From an uncultured Terracidiphilus sp. (lineage in GTDB: Bacteria > Acidobacteriota > Terriglobia > Terriglobales > Acidobacteriaceae), in contig CAZQRX010000002.1 of assembly GCA_964595845.1 (NCBI GenBank), forward strand, positions 7,592 through 71,591: a stretch of 64,000 nt of DNA, written 5' to 3'. Under the pieces are notes generated by a model. The model had not been told where the DNA came from, made no database searches, and worked only from the letters and a program-made list of their open reading frames with translations. Shown one piece after another: positions 55,852 through 64,000 of this stretch. Each line of letters opens with the position of its first letter. Within the stretch, counting starts at the first letter, position 1. The position numbers and the translations under genes are program-made.

Positions 55852-58800
55852 GTGAAACAACGATGGACGATCTGGTATTTCTCTCTCTGTTTTCTGTTGT
55901 TAACTATGGTTAACCATGCCCCGCTCCTGGCGCAGAGCGGGACGTCGAGCGCAATCTTCGGCACGGTGATGGATGTAACCGGCGCGGCGCTGCCCGATGC
56001 AGCGGTCACGGCGACCAACATCGATACCAAAGCCGCCCGCGCCGGACAAACCAACGCGGATGGAGGGTTTCAGTTTTCCCAGGTGAATCCGGGCACTTAT
56101 ACGGTGACGGTGAGTGCAAAGGGGTTCATTGAGCAAATCTCGCCTCCGATTGCTGTAACAGTCGGGCGCACCGTGACCTTGAACTTCAGCCTTTCCTTGG
56201 CCGCCGTCTCGCAGCGTGTGGTAGTAACGGCGCAATCGGCCATACTCGCCCTGGAGAACCCAAATACCACAACGACGCTGGAAGCCGCGACGATCGCCAG
56301 TCTTCCCAACCCAGGCCAGGACCTGACCTATCTAACTCAGTTCGCGCCCGGCGCGCTGATGAATACCGCCGGCTCCTCCAACGACGCAAAAGCCGCCGGA
56401 GGTTATGGAAACGTCGATTTCAACGGCCTTCCCGCAACCTCGAACGGATACATTTTGGATGGATACGACAGCAACGATCCCTGGCTGGGATTGAATATCG
56501 GGCTATCGACGAATCTTGTGATTGGCCTTGATGCCGTCGAGGAGGCGACAGTCAATACGAATTCCTACTCCGTCGATCAGGGAAGATATGGCGCATCGCA
56601 GGTGAATTACTTCACCAAGTCTGGAACGAATATGTTTCACGGCGACCTTTACGAGATATGGAACGGGTCGTTGTTGAATGCCGAGGACTACTTTCTTCAC
56701 GCCAACGACACGGCGGACAGCATCGCCAAGAAACCGCGCTCGACGGTGAATGAGTTCGGCGTCAGCGTGGGAGGACCCATCCGCAAAGACAAGCTGTTTT
56801 TCTTCGCGCACTATGAGGGCATCCGGATTGCTCTGCCATTGGTTTCGCAGGTTGTTGTCCCCACACCCGCGTATGAGAACTATGTACTGGGTCAAAAATA
56901 TGCGCCGGGTCCTTATGTTCAGGGTCATCTGGAGACAGGCGGGACGGACCCGATCACGGGAGCCACACTGACGGCCGAGCCCGGAGAGATTCCGTTTTAC
57001 CAGGCGATGTTCAATCTTTATAGCAATACAGCCGGAACCGGAGTTCCCGTTCTCTCCTGCCCGTTGGGAACGAACGGCGATGTATTGGACGGCGACGGCT
57101 GCGCGAACACGAGGCAGGTGTCGCTGACCAACAGCGACACCGAAAATCTCGTCGTCGTCAAGATCGATCACACCATCGATAAGAATAACAGCGTCTGGGT
57201 TCGCTACCAGCAGGACACGGGCCTGCAGGCCGCCTATACCGATCCTATTAACTCAATCTTTAACTCCTACTCCCCGCAGCCGCAGTACACATTGGTTGCC
57301 GGCTACACGCATCTGTTTAGTCCTAGTCTCGTCAATCAGCTGAATCCCGGGGTAAGTTGGTATTCCAGCATCTTCGAGCCCAACAACTTTTCCCAGGTTC
57401 GGCAAACCTTCCCGATTGTTTTGACGGCAGGCACTAACAATGCGCCTTTTACCACCATCGGAGGCAATGACAATACCTATCCCCAGGGACGCAAGGTGAC
57501 GCAGTGGCAGATCAACGACAACCTGATCTGGACGCGGTGCAGAAACACTTATAAGTTAGGCGTCAATACCCGGCGCATCGACGTAAGCGACTATGATCTG
57601 GGAGAAGGAATTGTGCCTACGGTCGTTTATGACGATCTCGCCCAGTTCACCTATGGCGCGGCTTACACTGCCAGCCAGACGTTTCCCGTTTCCCTGAAGG
57701 AGCGCGTGGCAACGGGAAACCTCGATTTCTATGCGATGGATACGTACAAGCCGGCGGCGCGCATCACGCTGACCGCGGGGTTGCGGACAACCTGGAATAC
57801 CAATCCGGTGAATCAGCAGAAGTTGTTTGCGCGACCTGCAGGGTCGTTTCTCGATCTCTCGCACGAGATATCCCAGCCTCTTGATCAAGCGATCCAAACC
57901 GGAGTTCGCGGACTCTTTCCGGCGACGCCCCTGCTGGTCTGGCAGCCTCGCGTCTCGGCGGCCTACCAAGTTATTCCAGGGACCGTGCTGCATACCGGGT
58001 TCGGTGTCTTCAATGACATCATACCCGCGCAGATCGCCGATCTTGCCGCCACCAATGCCCCTTACTCACCAACCTTTGTTGGAGGCATCGGCGGCCAGGT
58101 GGGCGGCATGGGAATAGCTCCGGGCGTGCCCGGCAGCGCGGTCGATGCAACATCCAATGCCGAGCAGAGCTTTCAATCTGTCTTTGCGGCAAGTGGTGCG
58201 CCCTGCGCCGGCATTGCGGCGGGCGCGCCCACATGCCCGCTGGCCGTGGGCATGAATACCTTTCCCAGCGGTGCGCTGAAGACGCCTTACTACTACCAAT
58301 ATAACTTCGGGATCGAACAGCAGGCAGGGAAGCAAGGCGCGGTGCGGATCGATTACGTGGGAACACGCGGCGTGCACGAGCCCTTTCAGGTGGAGTTGAA
58401 CGGGTACCAAACTGTCTGCGACGGCTGCTTTGCTCCCTATCCCTACCAACAGCCGCTCGATCGGAGATTCGGCAGCGTCAACGAGTTTCAAACCAATGCG
58501 AGCAGCAGTTATTCGGGATTGCAGACAGGGATCACCGAGCAGATCGGCGGTCTTACCTTGCGGGGAAACTATACCTACAGCCATTGCCTGGATGAAGTGT
58601 CGAATGGAGGGTTGCTCTCTTTTTCCAGCCAGGGAATTCTATCGCCGCTGCCGGGGGAGCTTAGCCGCCAACATGGTGATTGCGACTATGATGTGCGCCA
58701 TAACATCTCGGCCTTCGGGATCTACCGGATTCCCTTCTCATCTTCCCGCGCGTTGCTCCGGACGGTTTTCAACGGGTGGTCGTTTTCCGAAACGGCATTC

Positions 58801-59355
58801 ATTCATAGCGGGCTTCCGTTCACCGTGCTCAGTCAGCCTTACACGGCAAGCGGCAACGGCATCTTTCAAAACAGCGGAGCGCAGTTCGCGCGCAGAGTTT
58901 CCGGTGCGCCGCTTTACCGGAAGACTCCGTACACTGGAGTCACCGTGGCGGGAACCAGGCAGTGGCTGAATCCGGATGCCTTTGTCTCGGTCGTCGATCC
59001 GACAACGGGCGCCTGCACAGGAGGCGACTCCGTTTCCGATTGCCAATTCGGGGATTCGGGCCGCAATACGGTGCGCGGACCGCACTTTACCTATTCGGAC
59101 ATTTATCTGTCGAAGAAGTTTTCAATTACGAAAGCAGTGAGCTTGCGCTTCGACACACAGTTTTTCAATGTCTTCAACCATCCAAACTTTGCATTGCCAA
59201 GCAACGTGGAAGCTGGAGTGCCCGGCGTCTTTATTCCGGCAAAATTCGGTACGCTCGAAAGCACCATCTCGCCGCCGACGGGGTTGCTTGGCGTTGGCCT
59301 GGGTGGAGACAGTTCGCCGCGCATGATCACATTTCAGGCCAGGATCGAGTTCTGA
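55852..59355 (+). CDS. TonB-dependent receptor, Oar-like (carboxypeptidase-regulatory-like N-domain)
   Basis: GTG start with GGAGG RBS, signal peptide, GTVMDVTGAALPDA, TKSGTNMFHG, KDKLFFF, FNVFNHPNF, C-terminal QARIEF. Confidence 0.92.
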   Translation: MKQRWTIWYFSLCFLLLTMVNHAPLLAQSGTSSAIFGTVMDVTGAALPDAAVTATNIDTKAARAGQTNADGGFQFSQVNPGTYTVTVSAKGFIEQISPPIAVTVGRTVTLNFSLSLAAVSQRVVVTAQSAILALENPNTTTTLEAATIASLPNPGQDLTYLTQFAPGALMNTAGSSNDAKAAGGYGNVDFNGLPATSNGYILDGYDSNDPWLGLNIGLSTNLVIGLDAVEEATVNTNSYSVDQGRYGASQVNYFTKSGTNMFHGDLYEIWNGSLLNAEDYFLHANDTADSIAKKPRSTVNEFGVSVGGPIRKDKLFFFAHYEGIRIALPLVSQVVVPTPAYENYVLGQKYAPGPYVQGHLETGGTDPITGATLTAEPGEIPFYQAMFNLYSNTAGTGVPVLSCPLGTNGDVLDGDGCANTRQVSLTNSDTENLVVVKIDHTIDKNNSVWVRYQQDTGLQAAYTDPINSIFNSYSPQPQYTLVAGYTHLFSPSLVNQLNPGVSWYSSIFEPNNFSQVRQTFPIVLTAGTNNAPFTTIGGNDNTYPQGRKVTQWQINDNLIWTRCRNTYKLGVNTRRIDVSDYDLGEGIVPTVVYDDLAQFTYGAAYTASQTFPVSLKERVATGNLDFYAMDTYKPAARITLTAGLRTTWNTNPVNQQKLFARPAGSFLDLSHEISQPLDQAIQTGVRGLFPATPLLVWQPRVSAAYQVIPGTVLHTGFGVFNDIIPAQIADLAATNAPYSPTFVGGIGGQVGGMGIAPGVPGSAVDATSNAEQSFQSVFAASGAPCAGIAAGAPTCPLAVGMNTFPSGALKTPYYYQYNFGIEQQAGKQGAVRIDYVGTRGVHEPFQVELNGYQTVCDGCFAPYPYQQPLDRRFGSVNEFQTNASSSYSGLQTGITEQIGGLTLRGNYTYSHCLDEVSNGGLLSFSSQGILSPLPGELSRQHGDCDYDVRHNISAFGIYRIPFSSSRALLRTVFNGWSFSETAFIHSGLPFTVLSQPYTASGNGIFQNSGAQFARRVSGAPLYRKTPYTGVTVAGTRQWLNPDAFVSVVDPTTGACTGGDSVSDCQFGDSGRNTVRGPHFTYSDIYLSKKFSITKAVSLRFDTQFFNVFNHPNFALPSNVEAGVPGVFIPAKFGTLESTISPPTGLLGVGLGGDSSPRMITFQARIEF
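55896..55913. promoter_or_regulatory. Second copy of the candidate MntR operator, inside the receptor's signal-peptide codons
   Basis: gttgttaactatggttaa, 18/18 reverse complement of 54428-54445. Confidence 0.6.
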
Positions 59356-59376
59356 GAGACGCAGCCCTTGGATGGA

Positions 59377-59467
59377 ATCCACAGATTCTCCGCTGCCGAG
59401 ATGCAGGCCTGCGACCACCTGACGAGTTTGGTTTGGAGTGCCGTCGCTCGATAGGATGCGGGCGGCT
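59377..59467 (+). pseudogene. Frameshifted remnant of the 5' end of nnr, inverted relative to the intact nnr
   Basis: [13 protein letters not shown], frameshift, [12 protein letters not shown] versus intact SAAEMQTCDRLTSERFGVPSLDLMRAA. Confidence 0.8.
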
Positions 59468-59593
59468 GAGGGGCGGTCACCAGTCTCCCTGATCTCTGGT
59501 CCCTGCGCAGCCCCTTTCCCACTATGCGGTCCAGGTGGCACAATGGCTTATGCTTCATTTTTAAATTTGTCAGGGGTGGAAGGAGTACTCTCG

Positions 59594-61183
59594 ATGGCGG
59601 AAGTTTTTGTGTTGGAGTCTGTGGTGGAGTCTGTCAAGGCGCTGGCGGCGGGACCGCGAGTGCATGCCAACCTGTGTGCAGCGGAGCTGGTGGAGACGTC
59701 GCTGAAGCGCGGCGAGGGGCAACTGGCGGCCAATGGCGCGCTGGTGGCCGTGACCGGGGCGCGCACCGGGCGCAGTCCCAAGGACAAGTTCACCGTGGAC
59801 GACGCGGTGACGCACAATGTTGTCGACTGGGGCAAGGTAAACAAGCCCTTTTCGCCGGAGAAGTTTGAGGCGCTGCTGGGGCGTGTGGTGGAGCACCTGA
59901 AGGAGCGCGAGCTGTTTGTACAGGACTTGTACTGCGGGGCGGATGCGGCATACCAGTTGCCGATCCGGGTGATCAGCGAGTATGCCTGGCACGCGCTCTT
60001 TGTGCGCGATCTCTTTGTCCGGCCTGATGCCGCGGCTCTGGCGGCTCACGCACCGGAGTTTATTGTGGTGGCGGCGCCCGAATTCCAGGCGGTTCCTGAA
60101 CGCGATGGAACAAACTCAGGAGCCTTCATTCTGGCCGACTTTACGCGCAAGATTATTCTGATCGGCGGGACAAAATACGCCGGCGAGATGAAGAAATCGA
60201 TCTTCGGCGCGATGAACTTCCTCGTCCCGGACAAGGATGTTCTGCCCATGCACTGTTCGGCGAATGTGGGCGCGGATGGGGTGACGGCGCTGTTTTTCGG
60301 GCTCTCGGGGACGGGCAAGACGACGCTCTCCGCTGACCCGGCGCGGCGGCTGATCGGCGACGACGAGCACGGCTGGGGGCCGACGGGCATCTTCAATTTT
60401 GAGGGTGGCTGCTACGCCAAGTGCGTGGACCTGACCGAGGAGAAGGAGCCGCAGATCTTCCGCGCGATCCGCTTTGGGTCGATGCTGGAGAATGTGATTC
60501 TGGATGCGGCGCGCAAGCCGGATTACTTTGACATTCATCTGACGGAGAATACGCGGGCGGCTTACCCGGTGGACTTCATTGAGGGCGCGGTGATTCCGGG
60601 CGTAGGCGGGCACCCGAAGAATGTGCTCTTCCTGGCGGCGGATGCCTTTGGCGTGCTGCCTCCGATTGCGCGGTTGACGCCGGATCAGGCGATGTACCAC
60701 TTCCTTTCCGGGTATACGGCGAAGCTGGCCGGGACCGAGTTGGGCGTCATCGATCCGCAGCCGGAGTTCTCGGCCTGCTTTGGTGCGCCTTTCCTGCCGC
60801 TGGCGCCGCGGGTCTATGCGGAGATGCTGGGCAAGCGGCTGACGCAGCACGGGGCTTCATGCTGGTTGGTGAATACCGGTTGGTCCGGCGGTAAGTTCGG
60901 CGTGGGCAAGCGCATGAGCCTGAAGATCACACGCGCGCTGGTGAATGCGGCGCTGGACGGGCGGCTGGAGAAGGTGGAGTTTGTCACCGAGCCGGCCTTC
61001 GGGCTGAGCATTCCGGTGAGCTGCCCGGAGGTTCCGGCGGAGATTCTTAATCCGCGCAACGCGTGGGCGGACAAGGAAGCCTACGACAAAACGGCGGCCG
61101 ATCTGGCAGCGCGCTTCGAGGCGAACTTCAAGCAGTTCGACGCTTCGGACGCGATTCGCGCGGCTGGACCTAAAGCCAGGTAA
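59594..61183 (+). CDS. pckA: Phosphoenolpyruvate carboxykinase (ATP)
   Basis: [59 protein letters not shown] before ATG59594. Confidence 0.96.
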   Translation: MAEVFVLESVVESVKALAAGPRVHANLCAAELVETSLKRGEGQLAANGALVAVTGARTGRSPKDKFTVDDAVTHNVVDWGKVNKPFSPEKFEALLGRVVEHLKERELFVQDLYCGADAAYQLPIRVISEYAWHALFVRDLFVRPDAAALAAHAPEFIVVAAPEFQAVPERDGTNSGAFILADFTRKIILIGGTKYAGEMKKSIFGAMNFLVPDKDVLPMHCSANVGADGVTALFFGLSGTGKTTLSADPARRLIGDDEHGWGPTGIFNFEGGCYAKCVDLTEEKEPQIFRAIRFGSMLENVILDAARKPDYFDIHLTENTRAAYPVDFIEGAVIPGVGGHPKNVLFLAADAFGVLPPIARLTPDQAMYHFLSGYTAKLAGTELGVIDPQPEFSACFGAPFLPLAPRVYAEMLGKRLTQHGASCWLVNTGWSGGKFGVGKRMSLKITRALVNAALDGRLEKVEFVTEPAFGLSIPVSCPEVPAEILNPRNAWADKEAYDKTAADLAARFEANFKQFDASDAIRAAGPKAR

Positions 61184-61210
61184 GGGTGTTGGCGCCCATA
61201 ATTTCGACAG

Positions 61211-61253
61211 AAGGGGTTTCGATCTGGCTGGATGGCTGATCGAAGCCCCTTTT
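61211..61253 (+). terminator. Rho-independent terminator after pckA
   Basis: AAGGGGTTTCGATC...GATCGAAGCCCCTTTT hairpin with a T-run. Confidence 0.7.
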
Positions 61254-61586
61254 GCGTGGGCGAGAACCCGTGGCTGGATTGGCCTGCCGTTCCGTCTGGC
61301 CGTGCCGACTCTCGGATTTTTCTTTACTGCCGATAAGATTTCTTGAACTGATATGCGCACGGCACAGCAGAGCGAGAAATTGGGTAATCCGCGCGAACTC
61401 CGCATGACGGCGAATCGCCTGGCGACCTGTGCGCCGCTTCCGGTTTCCAGGGTCATTCGTGAGTTCCAATGGTGGGGTAAAGACACGCTTTCCAATGATT
61501 TACGGTCCCGTTCCAAAGCAGGCAAACCATGCAGACATTGGAAGATGCAGCTTCTGGATCGAGCAGGCCACAAACCGGCAACGGAA

Positions 61587-62174
61587 ATGCCATCCGAGCG
61601 AAGCCGCGTTTTCGCCCGAATCTTCGTATTTCTCTGCCTGATTCTGCTCGTGTCAGGAGCGCGGCAGCCTGCCCGCGCCCAGGCCGCCGCTGATGAGTAC
61701 CGGATCAAAGCCGCGTTCCTGTTCCATTTTGCGCAGTTTATCGACTGGCCTGACGGCGCACTCGATGCCCGGGATCCATCCCTCATTCTCTGCGTCTTCG
61801 ACGACGAGCCGCGGCTGGCGGATATACAAAGCGCCGTCGAGGGCAAGCTCATCGGCTCCCGTGTGCTCCGCGTCCGGCTGCTCAGCCCGGCACTGGAGCT
61901 ACAGGGCTGCAACATCGTCTTCCTCAGCCGTTATGAGGGGCAACACCAGGCCGCAGTTCTCGGGCGCTTGAGCGGCCTGCCGATTCTGACCGTGGGTGAG
62001 TCCGCTAATTTCCTTTCGAATGGCGGGATGATCCGCTTCCATCTTGAGAAGAATAAAATCCGCTTCGACATCAACCTCGGAGCCTCCGATCTGTCTCATC
62101 TGAAAATCAGCTCCCAACTGCTGCTTCTCGCCTCGGCGGTGATTCGCGGCAACGGAACAGGCAGGGGGATGTGA
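61587..62174 (+). CDS. YfiR-family (DUF4154) periplasmic protein
   Basis: Signal peptide, EYRIKAAFLFHFAQFIDWP, ILTVGE, GGMIRF, IRFDINL, LKISSQLLLLA. Start uncertain. Confidence 0.88.
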   Translation: MPSERSRVFARIFVFLCLILLVSGARQPARAQAAADEYRIKAAFLFHFAQFIDWPDGALDARDPSLILCVFDDEPRLADIQSAVEGKLIGSRVLRVRLLSPALELQGCNIVFLSRYEGQHQAAVLGRLSGLPILTVGESANFLSNGGMIRFHLEKNKIRFDINLGASDLSHLKISSQLLLLASAVIRGNGTGRGM

Positions 62175-62178
62175 AGCG

Positions 62179-64000
62179 ATGCACATCCGGGACTTTTCGA
62201 TCCGCTTCAAATTGGCCCTCCTGATTCTCTGCGCAAGTGGGATTGCCGTCCTTCTGGCCTCGCTGGACTTCGCCATCTATGAGCGCCAGAGCTATCGAGC
62301 GAGCGCGGTACGCGAACTGACCGCCCTGGCCGACACTCTTGGAGCGAATACCGCGGCTTCGCTGGCGTTCAACGATCAAGGAACGGCCAAAGCGATGCTG
62401 GGCGCATTGGCCACCGAACCGCATCTGCTTGCCGCTTGTCTTTACGACAACCAGGGGCGCATCTTTGCCGAATACCGCAGACAAGACAGCCCACGCACTC
62501 TCAGCCTTCCGGCGCGGCATCCCGACGGTGCCTCTTTTGAACGTGATTCGCTCACACTTTTCCGTGGAGTCCTTCTCAGCGGGGAACGCATCGGCTCCAT
62601 TGCGCTGATCTTCGATCTGCACGATTTCCGCTCCGAGATTCTTGCATACGCGAAGATCGCGATTCTTGTCCTTCTTCTCTCCGTCCTTGCCTCGTTTCTG
62701 GTTTCTTTGCGACTGGCGCGCTTCATTGCGGATCCTCTGGTGCGCCTGGCCGCTGTCGCGCACCACATATCGACCGGCAAAGACTACTCGATCCGCGCCG
62801 ACATCCACGCCGGCGCTGAAACCGGCCTGCTGGTGGATTCCTTCAACGAGATGCTCTCGCAAATTGAATCGCGCGAAGGAGCGCTCAATGCAGCGATCCA
62901 GTCCTTTGAGGAGAGCGAGGAGCGCTATGCCCTGGCGGCCCGGGGCGCGAACGACGGCCTCTGGGACTGGAATCTGGTTACCGGCAAGATCTACTTCTCA
63001 CCCCGCTGGAACCGTATGCTGGGCTATGCGGAGAACGAACGGTGGTCTGGGCCGGAAGAATGGTTCAGCCATATTCATGCCGATGATCAAGAGCGGGTAC
63101 GCGCGGAGATTGCCGCGCATTGCGAGAACAAGACGGCGGAGTTCGTGAGCGAATATCGGATGCACCACACATCCGGCGGCTATATCTGGACGCTGAGCCG
63201 CGGCATCGCGATCCGGGATGCGTCCGGCAAAGCGATCCGCATGGCCGGCTCGCAGACGGACGTAACGGAAGGCAAGATTGCCGACCCGCTCACGCGCATC
63301 CCTAACCGCCTCTACTTCCTAGACCGCCTCGAGTCGGCCATCGAGAGCGCCTGCCGGGAAGGGAGTCTTTTCGCTGTTCTGTTCATCGATCTCGACCATT
63401 TCAAGCTGGTTAACGACAGCCTGGGACACGCAGCCGGAGATGAGCTGCTCATCGATGTCGCTGGACGTCTGCGCGCCAGCATCCGCACCAGCGCCCGCCA
63501 GCGCGGCCCCGTGCAATCGGTCGTGGCCCGGATCGGCGGCGATGAGTTCGCCGTCCTGCTTGGCCATCTTGAGTACGAAAAAGATGCCTCGATTGTCGCC
63601 GCGCGCATCCTGGAGCGGATCGGGGAACCGTTTCACATCGAGGGCCACCGCATATTTGTCTCCGCCAGCATCGGAATCGCACTCAGCACGATCGGCAGCA
63701 CCCCCGAAGACCTGCTGCGCAACGCCGACACCGCAATGTATCACGCCAAGACCAACGGCAAGGCACGTTTCGAATTCTTTAACGATGGATTGCGGGAGCA
63801 GGCCGTCACCCGATTCGAGACGGAAAGCGGCTTGCGCAAAGCCATCGAAGAGAATCAGCTTGTTGTGTATTACCAGCCGATAGTCTCGCTTGCCGATCTT
63901 CGCATCCGCGGCTTTGAGGCGCTGGTTCGCTGGAATCATCCCGAACGCGGACTCATCGCCCCCCGCGAGTTCATTCCCATCGCAGAGGAAAGCGACCTGA
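62179..64000 (+). CDS. YfiN-like CHASE8-HAMP-PAS-GGDEF-EAL protein (runs off the window end)
   Basis: Not in the ORF track. Manual translation MHIRDFSIRFKL..., NTAASLAFND, FNEML, GANDGLWDWNL; ARIGGDEF near 63535 and FEALVRW near 63913, all in frame with ATG62179. Confidence 0.92.
   Translation, partial: MHIRDFSIRFKLALLILCASGIAVLLASLDFAIYERQSYRASAVRELTALADTLGANTAASLAFNDQGTAKAMLGALATEPHLLAACLYDNQGRIFAEYRRQDSPRTLSLPARHPDGASFERDSLTLFRGVLLSGERIGSIALIFDLHDFRSEILAYAKIAILVLLLSVLASFLVSLRLARFIADPLVRLAAVAHHISTGKDYSIRADIHAGAETGLLVDSFNEMLSQIESREGALNAAIQSFEESEERYALAARGANDGLWDWNLVTGKIYFSPRWNRMLGYAENERWSGPEEWFSHIHADDQERVRAEIAAHCENKTAEFVSEYRMHHTSGGYIWTLSRGIAIRDASGKAIRMAGSQTDVTEGKIADPLTRIPNRLYFLDRLESAIESACREGSLFAVLFIDLDHFKLVNDSLGHAAGDELLIDVAGRLRASIRTSARQRGPVQSVVARIGGDEFAVLLGHLEYEKDASIVAARILERIGEPFHIEGHRIFVSASIGIALSTIGSTPEDLLRNADTAMYHAKTNGKARFEFFNDGLREQAVTRFETESGLRKAIEENQLVVYYQPIVSLADLRIRGFEALVRWNHPERGLIAPREFIPIAEESDL

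Noticed and set aside
54428-55913. 18 bp inverted repeats flanking mntH as an invertible segment
   Set aside because: No recombinase nearby, inversion would break the receptor's signal peptide, and the internal palindrome fits a repressor operator better.
61520-61590. GGCAAACCA...TGG upstream of yfiR resembling a c-di-GMP-I riboswitch
   Set aside because: Lacks the GAAA tetraloop and the following GACGCAAA element; an Infernal search with RF01051 would be needed.

Overview
GC-rich bacterial chromosome segment. Gene content (Oar-type TonB-dependent receptor, GQDLVEY-type Flp pilins, PEP-CTERM protein, mqnA, REP-like families) suggests Acidobacteriota; this is inference. Layout: (1) 1-6.3 kb: sugar catabolism (partial IclR-type regulator, L-rhamnose isomerase, lutABC, eda, kdgK). 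(2) 6.4-32.1 kb: a ~26 kb Tad/Flp pilus locus with many unusual extras: three GT87/GT-C glycosyltransferase genes around three Flp pilins spaced at an exact 320 bp period, a decayed PAP2 gene, DUF192, a DUF192-PilZ fusion, two TonB-C-domain proteins, a 31-aa membrane peptide missing from the ORF track, a CpaE fused to eight Ig-like repeats, and a divergent sigma54 activator with four candidate -24/-12 promoters and a shared palindromic upstream site. (3) 32-52 kb: mostly housekeeping (proline dehydrogenase, topA, dprA, mqnA, fabH, SRP RNA, tatBC, tsaE, nnr), with REP-like elements, some inside coding sequence. (4) 52-59.5 kb: pseudokinase-TonB, mntR, mntH and a TonB-dependent receptor, with a duplicated 18 bp candidate operator and an inverted nnr remnant at the right edge. 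(5) pckA and a YfiR plus CHASE8-HAMP-PAS-GGDEF-EAL module running off the window end. The best candidate for an undescribed system is the sigma54/c-di-GMP-controlled, probably glycosylated Tad pilus locus. All family calls come from motif recognition by eye; no database searches were run.
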